DNA of 64,000 nucleotides from Nocardioides sp. (GCA_030145945.1 JASLDK010000119.1:8143-72142); one strand, 5' to 3'; shown: positions 1 to 10,040, counted from the stretch's first letter. Notes: a model not told the origin generated them from the sequence alone. Made by a program: numbers and translations.

Positions 1-448
1 CCTGAACAACAAGCGGCTCAAGAAGTCCCAGGCCGACGACGTCGTGGAGAAGTCCCTGACGGGCGCGAACCTGTGGAACGAGGTCAAGGACCGGCTCGGC
101 AAGCCCGGCATGGGTCTCTCCGGTGGTCAGCAGCAGCGTCTGTGCATCGCGCGCGCCATCGCCGTCGAGCCGGAGATCCTGCTGATGGACGAGCCCTGCT
201 CGGCGCTCGACCCGATCTCGACCTCGGCCGTGGAGGACCTGATCCACTCGTTGAAGGACGAGTACACGATCGTGATCGTCACCCACAACATGCAGCAGGC
301 CGCGCGCGTCTCCGAGGACACCGCCTTCTTCAACCTCGCGGGCGCCGGCCGCCCCGGCAAGCTGATCGAGATGAACCCGACGAAGAAGATCTTCAGCGTC
401 CCGGACGAGCCGGCCACCGAGGCCTACATCTCCGGTCGTTTCGGCTGA
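1..448 (+). CDS. pstB: Phosphate ABC transporter ATP-binding protein PstB (5'-truncated by window)
   Basis: [14 protein letters not shown] signature, [12 protein letters not shown]alker [13 protein letters not shown], terminal YISGRFG. Confidence 0.95.
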   Translation, partial: LNNKRLKKSQADDVVEKSLTGANLWNEVKDRLGKPGMGLSGGQQQRLCIARAIAVEPEILLMDEPCSALDPISTSAVEDLIHSLKDEYTIVIVTHNMQQAARVSEDTAFFNLAGAGRPGKLIEMNPTKKIFSVPDEPATEAYISGRFG

Positions 449-568
449 GCCGAAGGGCGCGAGCATGGCTGCGCTCTGGAGCGTCGACGGCTCACCGACC
501 GTGGCGGTTTCCGCTCCGCAAGGCTGCCGCGCTTGGGGTCAGGGCCGGCTTGCTGACAGTCTTTCTCC

Positions 569-991
569 ATGGGGATGCGTGCGGCCACACGGCGACTGAT
601 TCTCGAATGCATCGGCTGGGTGCTCGTCGTACTGGGCATCGCGGCACTGGTGCTGCCCGGCCCCGGCCTGTTGCTGCTCTTCGCCGGCCTGGCGATCCTG
701 GCCGAGCAGTACGAATGGGCCGCCCGCCGGGTCGAGCCGGTACGCGAACAGGCTCTCCGTACGGCGGCCGAGGGCGTCCGGACCATCCCCCGGCTGCTGA
801 TCTCCCTGGGCGGAGTGACCGCCCTCGTCGCGGCCGGCGTCTTCTGGGGAATCCGCCCCGACGCACCCAGCTGGTGGCCGATCGACGAACGATGGTGGCT
901 CGTCGGCGGCTGGACCACCGGCGCCACGATCCTCTTCTCCGCCGCCGTCGCCCTCTCGCTCCTGGGCTACAGCTGGCGCAAGCTCCGCTGA
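569..991 (+). CDS. PGPGW-domain membrane protein
   Basis: LVLPGPGLLLLFAGLAILA motif and several hydrophobic helices. Confidence 0.8.
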   Translation: MGMRAATRRLILECIGWVLVVLGIAALVLPGPGLLLLFAGLAILAEQYEWAARRVEPVREQALRTAAEGVRTIPRLLISLGGVTALVAAGVFWGIRPDAPSWWPIDERWWLVGGWTTGATILFSAAVALSLLGYSWRKLR

Positions 992-1014
992 CGCTCCCGT
1001 CTTCTTCCGGCTGG

Positions 1015-1085
1015 TCGGGATAGTCCATGACGTTTCCGGGCTAAATCGCGGCCCATTAGCCCGATTTCGTCGTGGACTATCCCGA
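1015..1085. repeat. REP-like long palindrome, copy 1
   Basis: Arms TCGGGATAGTCCATGACGTTTCCGGGCTAA and TTAGCCCGATTTCGTCGTGGACTATCCCGA form an imperfect 30-bp inverted repeat; homologous to copies at 2227 and 10041. Confidence 0.9.
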
Positions 1086-1154
1086 TTCGACGGCTGCTCC
1101 CGGCCCTGTGGATTCAGCCGGCACGATCTCGAGGGATGCGCGCAAGATGGTCCA

Positions 1155-2213
1155 ATGCCACGACCACAACCAGCGATCCGGGTGCCGCACCCCGAGCGGC
1201 CGTGGTTGACGATGCCGGTACGAACCGATCGCACCGGCCTCCGCGGACCAACACCCGATACCGCCCTCAGCAAGCAGTGGCGGCGCACCTCGCGCGGCCT
1301 GTACGTGCCGTCGGATGTGGACGGGACCGTCCCTGAGCAACGAATCCTCGAGGCGGCGACCGTGCTGCCTCCGTTTGGTGGCGTGACCGGTTGGGGCGCC
1401 TTGCGATGGGCAGGAGGTGCCTGGTTCGACGGCATCACTCACCATGGCGAGCTGCGGCCCGTCGACCTCGCCACGGGGATGAGGTCCATCAGGAGCCAGC
1501 CCGGTTTCGTGGTCACTACCGAGCGACTCGGCCCCGCCGACCTGATCGAGTTCGACGGGATCGTGACAACCACTCTCGTCAGGGCCGCCTGCTTCGAGAT
1601 GCGCTATGCACGGTCGCTCGCGGACGCGGTCGTCGTACTGGACATGGCCGCCTATTCCGACCTCGTGTCCATCGAGGAGATGACTGAGTTCGCGCTGGCA
1701 CACCCCGGCTGGACCGGGATCCCGCAGTGTCGCGATGCACTTCTCCTCGCCGACGAGAACGCGTGGTCGCCACCCGAGACGCTGCTCCGGCTGATCTGGC
1801 GCCAGGCCGAGGAGCTTCCCGACCCGTTGACCAATTGCCCGGTCTTCGATCTCGACGGTCACCACATCGGGACGCCTGATCTGTTCGACCCGACTGCCGG
1901 CCTGGCGGTCGAGTACGACGGGCGGCTCCATCTGGAGGGCTCTCGCCGCGCCTCCGACCTCGATCGGGATGCGCTGTTCAGCCACCATGGGATCGAGACC
2001 TTGGTCTTCGTCAGCCGGCACCTGCGCGAGGAACAATCCGTCCGACGACGGATCCGTGAGGCACGCGGCCGCGCATTGCGTCGTACGACGGAGCGAGCGT
2101 GGACCATCGAGCAACCTGCCTGGTGGCGGCCGACCCACACCGTCGCGCTCCGTCGCGCTCTCACCGACGAACAGCGGACACGGTGGCTCGCCCATCGTCT
2201 CCGCGCTGCCTGA
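1155..2213 (+). CDS. AbiEi-like N-terminal / DUF559 (Vsr-like PD-(D/E)XK) domain protein
   Basis: WRRTSRGLYVP, GGVTGWGALRWAG, SPPETLLRL, TPDLFD...LAVEYDGRLH and DLDRD motifs typical of this actinobacterial family. Confidence 0.8.
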   Translation: MPRPQPAIRVPHPERPWLTMPVRTDRTGLRGPTPDTALSKQWRRTSRGLYVPSDVDGTVPEQRILEAATVLPPFGGVTGWGALRWAGGAWFDGITHHGELRPVDLATGMRSIRSQPGFVVTTERLGPADLIEFDGIVTTTLVRAACFEMRYARSLADAVVVLDMAAYSDLVSIEEMTEFALAHPGWTGIPQCRDALLLADENAWSPPETLLRLIWRQAEELPDPLTNCPVFDLDGHHIGTPDLFDPTAGLAVEYDGRLHLEGSRRASDLDRDALFSHHGIETLVFVSRHLREEQSVRRRIREARGRALRRTTERAWTIEQPAWWRPTHTVALRRALTDEQRTRWLAHRLRAA

Positions 2214-2226
2214 GGGTCGGTGCTCG

Positions 2227-2295
2227 CGGGATAGTCCATGACGTTTCCGGGCTAAATCGCGTCCCTATAGCCCGGAAACGTCATGGACTATCCCG
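2227..2295. repeat. REP-like long palindrome, copy 2
   Basis: Perfect 28-bp inverted repeat CGGGATAGTCCATGACGTTTCCGGGCTA with a 13-nt loop. Confidence 0.92.
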
Positions 2296-2318
2296 AGTTG
2301 GCCGAAGGCCGGTCCGCC

Positions 2319-3326
2319 CTACGGCAACTGCAGGACGTACTTCAGGACCACGAAGACCAACGCCGCCGCGGAACCGGCCGCGGGGAAGGTGAGCACCCAG
2401 GCGGAGAGGATGTTGCCCGCCATCCCCCACCGTACGGCGGAGAAGCGCTTGGTCGCCCCCGCGCCCATGATCGCCGAGGTGATCACGTGGGTGGTCGAGA
2501 TCGGGGCCTTGAAGAAGTAGGCCACCGTGTAGAGCACGCCGGCACCAACCATCTCCGCGGTGAAACCGCGCGCGGGGTCGACGTGGATGATCCGGCGGCC
2601 GAGGGTGCGCATGATCCGCCAGCCGCCCGAATAGGTGCCGAGGGAGATCGCCGAGGCGGCGCAGATGACCACCCACAGCGGGAGCCGGTCAGTGTCCTTG
2701 GCGTGCCCGCTGGTGACCAGCGCCAGGAAGATGACGCCCATCGTCTTCTGGGCGTCCTGGAGCCCGTGCCCGAGGGCGAGGGCGGAGGCGGAGACCGTCT
2801 GAGCGAGCCGGAAGCCGCGCTGGACGCGGTGCGGATTGCGCCGGCGCAGGATCCACATCACGAGAAGCATCAGGCCGAAGGCCAGCACGAAGCCGACCAG
2901 CGGCGAGAGCACCATCGGGATGACGACCTTGTCGATGATGGTCTGCCAGTGCACGGTCGCGCCGGCGACGAGCGCGGCGCCGACCAGTCCGCCGATCAGC
3001 GCGTGGCTGGACGAGGAGGGCAGGCCGAAGTACCAGGTGATCAGGTTCCAGGTGATGGCACCGACGAGTCCCGCCAGTACGACGACGAGGCCGGCGCTCA
3101 CGCCGAAGCCCTTGGTGTCGATGACATCACTGACCGTGTGGGCCACCTCCTGGCCGAGGAGGGCGCCGACGAAGTTCATCACGGCCGCGACGGTCAGCGC
3201 GATCCGCGGCGTCAGGGCGCGCGTCGAGATGGAGGTCGCGATCGCATTCGCCGCGTCGTGGAAGCCGTTGGTGTAGTCGAAGGAGAGTGCGACGACGACG
3301 ACCGCGATGACAATCGCGAGCTCCAC
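2319..3326 (-). CDS. pit: Inorganic phosphate transporter, PiT family
   Basis: NGFHDAANAIAT, GLPSSSSHALIGG, HGLQDAQKTMG and PISTTH motifs. Confidence 0.95.
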   Translation of the reverse strand: MELAIVIAVVVVALSFDYTNGFHDAANAIATSISTRALTPRIALTVAAVMNFVGALLGQEVAHTVSDVIDTKGFGVSAGLVVVLAGLVGAITWNLITWYFGLPSSSSHALIGGLVGAALVAGATVHWQTIIDKVVIPMVLSPLVGFVLAFGLMLLVMWILRRRNPHRVQRGFRLAQTVSASALALGHGLQDAQKTMGVIFLALVTSGHAKDTDRLPLWVVICAASAISLGTYSGGWRIMRTLGRRIIHVDPARGFTAEMVGAGVLYTVAYFFKAPISTTHVITSAIMGAGATKRFSAVRWGMAGNILSAWVLTFPAAGSAAALVFVVLKYVLQLP

Positions 3327-3329
3327 CGG

Positions 3330-3947
3330 TCAGGACTCCTTGACGTGGATCTGCTCGATGATGTTGGCCACCTTCTCGAAAGCATCGATGGCGTGCTCGA
3401 GCGAATCCACGATGTCCTTCAGCTTGAGAACCTCGAGGGCGTCGTACTGGCCGCTGAAGAGCTTCGCGACGGTACGGCGGTAGTACTTGTCGCCGGCATT
3501 CTCGAGCCGGTTGATCTCGATCCAGTACTCCTCGAGATCCTTCATGCTCTTCAGCCGCGGCATGGCGTCGGCGGTGAGCTCGGCGCAGCGCTGGATGATC
3601 TCGACGCTCTGGGCGAGCTCGGCCGGCAGCTGCTCGACCTCATAGAGCAGGGTCAGGTCGACCGCTTCCTCCATGAAGTCCATGCAGTCGTCGAGCTGCG
3701 AGGCCAGCGAGTAGATGTCCTCGCGATCGAAGGGGGTCACGAAGGTGCTGTTGACCCGGTGCACGATCGCGTGCGTGGTCTCGTCGGCGTGGTGCTCTGC
3801 CTCGCGCATGCGGCGAGCGACGTCCTCGCGGTCACACCCGGTGACGAGCATCTCCGCGAGTAGGCCGGCTCCTTCGACGAGCCGCTTGGCGGACTCGGCG
3901 AGCAGGTCGTAGAAGGCAGAATCCACGGGTTTGAAGCGCAACGCCAC
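3330..3947 (-). CDS. DUF47 (PhoU-like) phosphate transport regulator
   Basis: FVTPFDREDIY and LENAGD motifs; directly upstream of pit; GTG start after CAGGAG. Confidence 0.92.
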   Translation of the reverse strand: MALRFKPVDSAFYDLLAESAKRLVEGAGLLAEMLVTGCDREDVARRMREAEHHADETTHAIVHRVNSTFVTPFDREDIYSLASQLDDCMDFMEEAVDLTLLYEVEQLPAELAQSVEIIQRCAELTADAMPRLKSMKDLEEYWIEINRLENAGDKYYRRTVAKLFSGQYDALEVLKLKDIVDSLEHAIDAFEKVANIIEQIHVKES

Positions 3948-4035
3948 AGTGAACTCCTGGTGTGCAGGATCAGAACGAGTCACACCCTAGGCGCACCTAC
4001 CCGCAGGGGCGCAATCTCCCGGGGTGTGAGATCGG

Positions 4036-4197
4036 TCAGTCGACCTGTCTCTGAGGTGGGATCAGCCCCAGAATCTCGTCGATCTGCTCGTCGGTGAGGT
4101 GCTCCTCGGACTGGTTCGCGGCCACGATCAGGGCAGCGGTCAGCTCGACCTCGCCGAGCAGTTCGGCATCTTCCAGGTCGACATCGAGCGGATCCAT
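4036..4197 (-). CDS. Small conserved acidic hypothetical protein (53 aa)
   Basis: MDPLDVDLEDAELLGEVELTAALIVAANQS...EIDEILG-like sequence; start re-called from the longer ORF. Confidence 0.65.
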   Translation of the reverse strand: MDPLDVDLEDAELLGEVELTAALIVAANQSEEHLTDEQIDEILGLIPPQRQVD

Positions 4198-4309
4198 CGC
4201 CGCGTGCTCCCTCTTTTCCGCGGCCGAGGCCAGGCGTCGTACGACGGGTGTACCCCATTGTGCGCCCCAGCAAACCGCGCCGGAGGCCCTCCGCGCAGGA
4301 AGACCCCGG

Positions 4310-4346
4310 AAAAGACGAAAGGGGCCGCCCGAAACGGGCGACCCCT
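4310..4346 (-). terminator. Intrinsic terminator of the cold-shock gene
   Basis: AGGGGCCGCCCG/CGGGCGACCCCT stem followed on the minus strand by TTTCGTCTTTT. Confidence 0.75.
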
Positions 4347-4361
4347 GACGTTTTGTTCGAG

Positions 4362-4565
4362 TCAGAGAGGGCGAACATTCTCCGCCTGCGGGCCCTTGGG
4401 GCCCTGGGTGACGTCGAACTCGACCTGCTGGTTCTCGTCGAGCGACTTGTAGCCGTTCGTCTGGATGGCCGAGTAGTGAACGAAGACGTCGTCGCCGCCG
4501 TTCTCCTGCGCGATGAAGCCGAAGCCCTTCTCGGCGTTGAACCACTTCACGGTGCCCTGAGCCAT
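4362..4565 (-). CDS. cspA: Cold-shock protein
   Basis: [18 protein letters not shown] (RNP1) and VFVHYSAI (RNP2); 67 aa. Confidence 0.97.
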   Translation of the reverse strand: MAQGTVKWFNAEKGFGFIAQENGGDDVFVHYSAIQTNGYKSLDENQQVEFDVTQGPKGPQAENVRPL

Positions 4566-4882
4566 TGCTCTGTATCTCCTTGTTTTCAGGCAGCGGGAGC
4601 GTCACTTCGACACTCCCGGCAGGGATGCGGTGACACGTACGTCCACCTCGCAAGCCTGGGCAAAGAGAGGAACGCCGTTGGATCACAAACTCCAACAGCG
4701 TTAAAGGAACCGCTGGAACTTGCACCCTGCCGTGACAACGCTACCAACATCGGCCCGGCAATAGGCAACGGGTACACACCTCTCTTTGTCGCGTCACGTC
4801 ACCGCGGGTTGGTCGTTGTCAACGCGAGGGCGACTCATCGGCACTATCTTGTGGGTTGCACACGGGCGCTGGAGGGCGCAGC

Positions 4883-7800
4883 GTGGAATGGTTGGAGTCG
4901 CGACGTGCGACGGGGGCGAGGAGACAGCAGGTGCCAGAAGAGGGCTCATCCGGTCAGCACACCGGAGGCAAAGGCGCGCCGGATCCCCTGTCGATCGCGG
5001 CGTCCGCGATGGACGACGCCCCGGGCCAGACCCCTTCCGCTAGCCGCCCGGCGCAGCAATCCCGGGTCGACCCTCTGGCCATCGCCCGCGACGCCCTCGG
5101 TGGCGCCGACGACACGGCTCCCGTGGCCGATGCCTCCCCTGCGCCCGTCGACGAGCCCGCAGCACCTGCTCCGGCGGCCGAGGAGCTGCCCGACGAGCTG
5201 GTGACGCTGGCCCAGGCGGCCGACGAGCCGGTCCCGCTCCAGCCCCGCCGCCGCGGCACCTTCGCCCGTCGTACGAACGAGGAGGCGCCGGCCGCCCAGG
5301 CCGAGGAACCGAGCCCGACCGCCGCCGAACCCGACGGCGGATCCTGGCAGGAGGTGTTCGAGCCCGAGGAGTACGCCGCACCCGTGGCGGCTCAGGCCGA
5401 GCAGCCCCTCCCCGTTACCGAAGACACAGCACCCGCCGTCGCCGAGACCGCCGCCACGGACCCCGCACCGGTCGTGGACGCCGCACCGGCTGCCGATCCG
5501 GCCCCCGAGGCGATCACCCCAGCCGTGCCCGCCGCGTCCACCAACTGGTCCGAGGACCTCAGCCACGCGGTGACCGGCGAATGGGACGACGCCGACCTCC
5601 AGGCCGCGCAATGGGGCCCTCTCAATCCGCCCACCGAGCCTGCATCGAATCCCACCGAGGAGACCACGATGAGCGACCCGACCACCGGCGACGCCGGCGA
5701 GGCCCAGCAGTTCAGCACGCCGGCCGACCTGCTTGCCGGCTACACCTCGGCAACGCCGGCCGCCCGTGCCGCGAATGCCGCCGAGACGACTGTCGAGGCA
5801 CCGGCCGAGGTGCCGACCGAGGTGCCGGTTGAAACGCCGGTCGATGCACCCGTCGAGGCCATGGCGGCATACACGCCTACGGCCGAGCCCGTCGCAACCG
5901 AGCCCGTGGCTTCCGAACCCGTGGCTTCCGAGCCCGTCGCAACCGAACCCGTGGCTTCCGAGCCCGTCGCGACCGAGGCCGTGGCTCAGGCGCCGGCGGA
6001 ATCGGCCCAGGGCGAGCTCTGGAGTGAGCCCGATGTCGACTCCCCGGAGACGGAGACGACCTCGCGCTGGCGCGGCCGTCGGCGCCGCAAGCAGCGCGGT
6101 GCGGACCAGGCCACGGCTGTCGAGACCGACGCTGGCGAGACCGACGCTGACGCAACCGCCGAGGGAGCAGTAGCCGCCGAGCCGGTGGCCGGCCTTGCTG
6201 CGGCCGACGAGACCCGCGAGATGCCGGCGATCGCCGAGCCGGTGGCGACTGAGGCGCCGGGCGAGGAGGCCACCGCCGAAGAGACCACCGCCGAGGCCGC
6301 CGCTACGGAGGAAGGGACCGGTACCGCTGCCCCGGAGGCCACCGACGAAGCCCTCGTGACGAGCGCTGACGAGTCAGCCGGCGAACCCGTCGCCGAGCCC
6401 ACCGTCGCCGAGACCACCGACGTGCCCGTCGATGAGGCCGATGCCGTGGCCGCTGAGCCGGGCGTCGAGCCCACAGCCGAAGCGGGTACTGAGACGAGTA
6501 GCGAAAGGGCTACCGAAACGGCTACCGAAACGGGCACCGAAACGGGCGGCACCGGCGAGGGCGCGGCGGACGAGCAGTCCGGCGACGCCGAGTGGACCGC
6601 GGCGGATCTTGCTGCGGGCGGTTGGAGCACGGACGACCTGCGCGGCGCCGGATGGACCGACGAACAATTGGTCGCAGTCGGCTGGGACCTGGAGGCGAAC
6701 GGTCCCGTCACGTCGTCTCCCGCCGACTCCGGGGACGCGGGGGTCACCGACGCGACCGGCGCGGAGGAAGCCGCAGTCGACGCAACCCACGACGCCACAG
6801 ATGCCACTCCGGACGCCACCGATACCGAGGCGGAAGCTGCGGACGGCACCGAGGTTTCCGCCGACGCGGCCGACGCGGCTGCTGCGACCGCCCCGGCCGA
6901 CGAGGCGATCGACACCGGCACCGAGGACGAGGCCCGAGCTGAGGGCGAGGTCGAGACCGACGAGGCAGCCACCTCCTCGGCTGAAGGGGAACCGGTCGCG
7001 GAGTCCGGTTCAACCGAGCCGGTCGCCGCGGAGTCCGAGCCGGAGGCCACGGACAGCGACGGGAGCCCCGCCGAGACCGAGACCGAGGTGGCAGCGGCTA
7101 CCGACGATGCCGACGGAACCGACGAGGAATCGGCCGACGCCACCGACGAGGACAGCTCCGACGCAACCGGGGGTCAGGCCGACGACACGGTGGCCGTAGC
7201 CGACCCGGCCACCGACGAGGCCACCAGTGAGCCTGCCGAGGCAGACGCGGCGGCCGAGGAGCCCGCGGAGGTCGAGGCAGCCGCCGACGAGGCAGCGGCC
7301 GCTGAGGCAGCCGCCGGCACCGAGAACGCGAACCCGGGCGACACGCCATCGGACGACACGACCCGCGACGCCACGGCTGACGCCGCCGAGGTCGCCGAGA
7401 GCGCTGACGCGCCGGCCACCGATAGCGAACCCAGCGAGACCGACGAGCCGTCGAGCCTCCCGACCGAGGGCACCCCCGCCACCGCTGATCCCGAGCCCGA
7501 GACGGCAGCGCCCGAGCCCGAGCCCGTCGCGGCAGAGCCCGTCGTGGCCGAGCCCGAGCCCGTCGCGGCCGAGCCGGTGGCGCCCGTGGCGGCGCCTACC
7601 CAGCCCGTGGCCCGCACGGCAGCGCGCACCGATGACTTCGACTTCGATTTCGACTTCGAGGACGAACCCCTCGAGCTGGAGACCTACGACCTGGAGGCGC
7701 CGCTGGCGGCGCGCCGGCCGACCACGCCCGCCAGCCCGGCAGGGGCACCGGTGACGCCGGCTGCCGCCCCGGTCGTGGACGCGGCGGAACCGGCCCAGCC

Positions 7801-9049
7801 GGCGGCACGTGAGTCCGAGAGCGCGGCGTCCCCGGACCGATCCGATCGTGAGAGTGACGACGACGAACCTGAGCGAGCGGCGGCGGAACCCGACCCGGCT
7901 CCGGCGACCGAGCCGGTAGCCGAGCCGACCGATTCCGCTGTCGAGGGCGACCAGGGTGACGTCGTACCGCCCGGCGACAAGACCGACGAGCCGGAGGCAG
8001 CCGACGAGGGCGAGGACACGGACGGCGAGGACGGCCCCGACGGCGGCAGTGCGGCCGAACCGGACCCGACGCCGCCCACGGTGCCGGACGCGCCCACCGC
8101 GGTCGAGCCCGAGGCACCGGCCGCGGAAGAGGAAGCCGCCGACCCGACACCGGTCGCGGCCCCCCACAAGCCCTCCCGGGCACCTTGGTTCCACAAGGAG
8201 CAGGAGGCGAAGCCCGATCCCTTCTGGACCTCGCTGGCCATCGATGACGCCAATGACGCGGCTGCCGAGGAGGCCGGAAGCACCGAGGATGCCGAGAGCG
8301 AGCCGGTCGATCCCGAGGCGCTCGGCCCACCGCGCCACCGGTCCTTCCCCTCGCTCGCCCGCGCTGCGGCGGCCGCCGCGGCTGCAGCGCCCGCACCGCC
8401 GGCCCCGTCGAGCACCGCTCCGGCACCGAGCCCCTTCGAAAGCCTTGCCGCTCCCTCTACGTCCACCTCCCCCTCCACCTCCGCCCCGGTCGACGACCTC
8501 ACCGCCGATCTGACCGCGGTCGCCGAGTCCGCGCCGACAACCGCGCCGGCACACCCCGAGGCCGACCAGCCCGCGGCACTTCCCCTCGCCGCGACCGCCG
8601 ACCTCCCGGCGTACGTCGAATACCGCCCCAGCAACCTGCGCCGCTGGGTCCTCGGCGCCCTCTTCCTCGCCACCGCCGTCCTGGCCGTCGTGGCCGTCTT
8701 CTACGCCGTCCAGCAGGGCACCGCCGCCGCTGTGATCATGGCGATCTCCGAGATCGTCCTCGCCTGCGCACTCTGGTGGGGCCTGATCAGCTGGGCGCCA
8801 CGCGTCATCACGATCTCCGAGGGCACCCTCGAGGTCTCCCAGGGTCCGAGCAGCGAGCGCTTCGACCTGACCAACCCGCGCACCGAGATCGAGCTCGGCA
8901 ATGATCCGCGCGCCCGCTCCTGGACCGCCGAGATCGTCCGGGCCAATGGCAGCCGGCTGGTGATCCGGTCCAGCCAGGTACGCCCCCAGCAGTTCACCGA
9001 ACTGATCAATCGCCATCGCCCGGCCGAGACCGCGACCTCCGGCCTCTGA
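4883..9049 (+). CDS. Very large acidic Ala/Glu/Pro/Thr-rich protein with two C-terminal TM helices and a small C-terminal globular domain
   Basis: Open 4.2-kb frame with GC3-rich codons; GGAGGG RBS before GTG 4883; hydrophobic segments WVLGALFLATAVLAVVAVFYAV and VIMAISEIVLACALWWGLI. Confidence 0.85.
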   Translation: MEWLESRRATGARRQQVPEEGSSGQHTGGKGAPDPLSIAASAMDDAPGQTPSASRPAQQSRVDPLAIARDALGGADDTAPVADASPAPVDEPAAPAPAAEELPDELVTLAQAADEPVPLQPRRRGTFARRTNEEAPAAQAEEPSPTAAEPDGGSWQEVFEPEEYAAPVAAQAEQPLPVTEDTAPAVAETAATDPAPVVDAAPAADPAPEAITPAVPAASTNWSEDLSHAVTGEWDDADLQAAQWGPLNPPTEPASNPTEETTMSDPTTGDAGEAQQFSTPADLLAGYTSATPAARAANAAETTVEAPAEVPTEVPVETPVDAPVEAMAAYTPTAEPVATEPVASEPVASEPVATEPVASEPVATEAVAQAPAESAQGELWSEPDVDSPETETTSRWRGRRRRKQRGADQATAVETDAGETDADATAEGAVAAEPVAGLAAADETREMPAIAEPVATEAPGEEATAEETTAEAAATEEGTGTAAPEATDEALVTSADESAGEPVAEPTVAETTDVPVDEADAVAAEPGVEPTAEAGTETSSERATETATETGTETGGTGEGAADEQSGDAEWTAADLAAGGWSTDDLRGAGWTDEQLVAVGWDLEANGPVTSSPADSGDAGVTDATGAEEAAVDATHDATDATPDATDTEAEAADGTEVSADAADAAAATAPADEAIDTGTEDEARAEGEVETDEAATSSAEGEPVAESGSTEPVAAESEPEATDSDGSPAETETEVAAATDDADGTDEESADATDEDSSDATGGQADDTVAVADPATDEATSEPAEADAAAEEPAEVEAAADEAAAAEAAAGTENANPGDTPSDDTTRDATADAAEVAESADAPATDSEPSETDEPSSLPTEGTPATADPEPETAAPEPEPVAAEPVVAEPEPVAAEPVAPVAAPTQPVARTAARTDDFDFDFDFEDEPLELETYDLEAPLAARRPTTPASPAGAPVTPAAAPVVDAAEPAQPAARESESAASPDRSDRESDDDEPERAAAEPDPAPATEPVAEPTDSAVEGDQGDVVPPGDKTDEPEAADEGEDTDGEDGPDGGSAAEPDPTPPTVPDAPTAVEPEAPAAEEEAADPTPVAAPHKPSRAPWFHKEQEAKPDPFWTSLAIDDANDAAAEEAGSTEDAESEPVDPEALGPPRHRSFPSLARAAAAAAAAAPAPPAPSSTAPAPSPFESLAAPSTSTSPSTSAPVDDLTADLTAVAESAPTTAPAHPEADQPAALPLAATADLPAYVEYRPSNLRRWVLGALFLATAVLAVVAVFYAVQQGTAAAVIMAISEIVLACALWWGLISWAPRVITISEGTLEVSQGPSSERFDLTNPRTEIELGNDPRARSWTAEIVRANGSRLVIRSSQVRPQQFTELINRHRPAETATSGL
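5885..5986 (+). repeat. 15-nt coding tandem repeat (EPVA[S/T]), 6 copies plus a partial one
   Basis: GA[G/A]CCCGT[C/G]GC[A/T/G][A/T]CC units in tandem. Confidence 0.85.
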
Positions 9050-9078
9050 CACCTGGGGCATAGGGCAGACTTTGTGCC

Positions 9079-9152
9079 GCCCCGTTAGCTCAGTTGGTCA
9101 GAGCAGCGGACTTTTAATCCGCGGGTCGTCGGTTCGAGCCCGACACGGGGCA
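9079..9152 (+). tRNA. tRNA-Lys(TTT)
   Basis: GCCCCGT/ACGGGGC acceptor stem, GCGGA-CTTTTAA-TCCGC anticodon arm, GGTTCGAGCC T-loop. Confidence 0.97.
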
Positions 9153-9346
9153 CACATCAGAGTGAGGTCTCGGCGGCTGCGGGCATGGAAGAGCCCCGCA
9201 GCGTCTCGGGTCACTGCGGGGCCTGCGGCAAGTATGGCGCAGCGACGTACGGCGGCGTACTGCTTTCGACGAGGTCCCTCGTGATCTGCGTCACGAAGCC
9301 AAAACGGCCTGCATGAACGCGCTCTGCCTACGGCTAGGGTCGGACC

Positions 9347-10021
9347 ATGTCAGGACCCTTCGACTATCCCGTGGTTGAGCTCGACGAGGCTGCGCTCGCG
9401 GCCGAGCGGGAGGTCTTCGGTTCGCTCACCGACAGCGTGCGCGCCCTCTCCGAAGCATCCCTGCGTTCGACGGTCGACCACGATGTCGCGAACCGAGTCC
9501 GTGAGAAGCTCGACGAGCTGACCGCCGAACTACGTGCCAGCCAGATCCCCGGCAGCTTCGGCGTGCACCTGGCCGAGGGCGGTCCGGTTCGCGCCTACGG
9601 CAATGCCGTCGTCGGCCTGCGCAACCCGATCGCCGTACCGCTGGACATCCAGAAGGACCCGTCGGGCCGCGCCTGGGCCAGCTTCCACCTCAACGCGCTC
9701 TACGAGGGCCCGCCGACCCTGGTGCACGGAGGCGTCACCGCGCTGATCCTCGACCAGATCCTCGGCGAGGCCGCCGCGGCCGGCGGCTCGCCCGGCATGA
9801 CCGGCACCCTCAACCTGCGCTATGTCCAGGGCACTCCCCTCGGCGACTGCTCGGCCGAGGCCTGGATCGAGCGCATCGACGGCGTCAAGACGATCGTGCA
9901 CGGCGTCATGCGCAATGCCGCCGGCGAGGACACCGTCCGCGCCGAGGGGATCTTCATCCTGCCCAAGTGGGCGCGGGAGCAACTGGCCCGCAACGAGGCC
10001 TCCCCCGAACGCTTCGAATAG
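9347..10021 (+). CDS. PaaI-family (hotdog) thioesterase
   Basis: YEGPPTLVHGGVTALILDQILG motif. Confidence 0.9.
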   Translation: MSGPFDYPVVELDEAALAAEREVFGSLTDSVRALSEASLRSTVDHDVANRVREKLDELTAELRASQIPGSFGVHLAEGGPVRAYGNAVVGLRNPIAVPLDIQKDPSGRAWASFHLNALYEGPPTLVHGGVTALILDQILGEAAAAGGSPGMTGTLNLRYVQGTPLGDCSAEAWIERIDGVKTIVHGVMRNAAGEDTVRAEGIFILPKWAREQLARNEASPERFE

Positions 10022-10040
10022 CCCACTCGTCCGCCTTGAG

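Noticed and set aside
1155..2213. Type IV toxin-antitoxin (AbiE) locus
   Set aside because: No adjacent AbiEii nucleotidyltransferase gene; the gene stands alone between palindromes.
2283..3863. Long + strand ORF (526 aa) and similar long antisense ORFs (7010-9061, 11733-13934, 33665-35218, 62294-63946)
   Set aside because: Shadow ORFs opposite well-supported genes, expected in high-GC DNA; no recognisable motifs.
3950..4030. PHO box upstream of DUF47-pit
   Set aside because: No convincing 11-nt-spaced GTTCA-type direct repeats could be identified.
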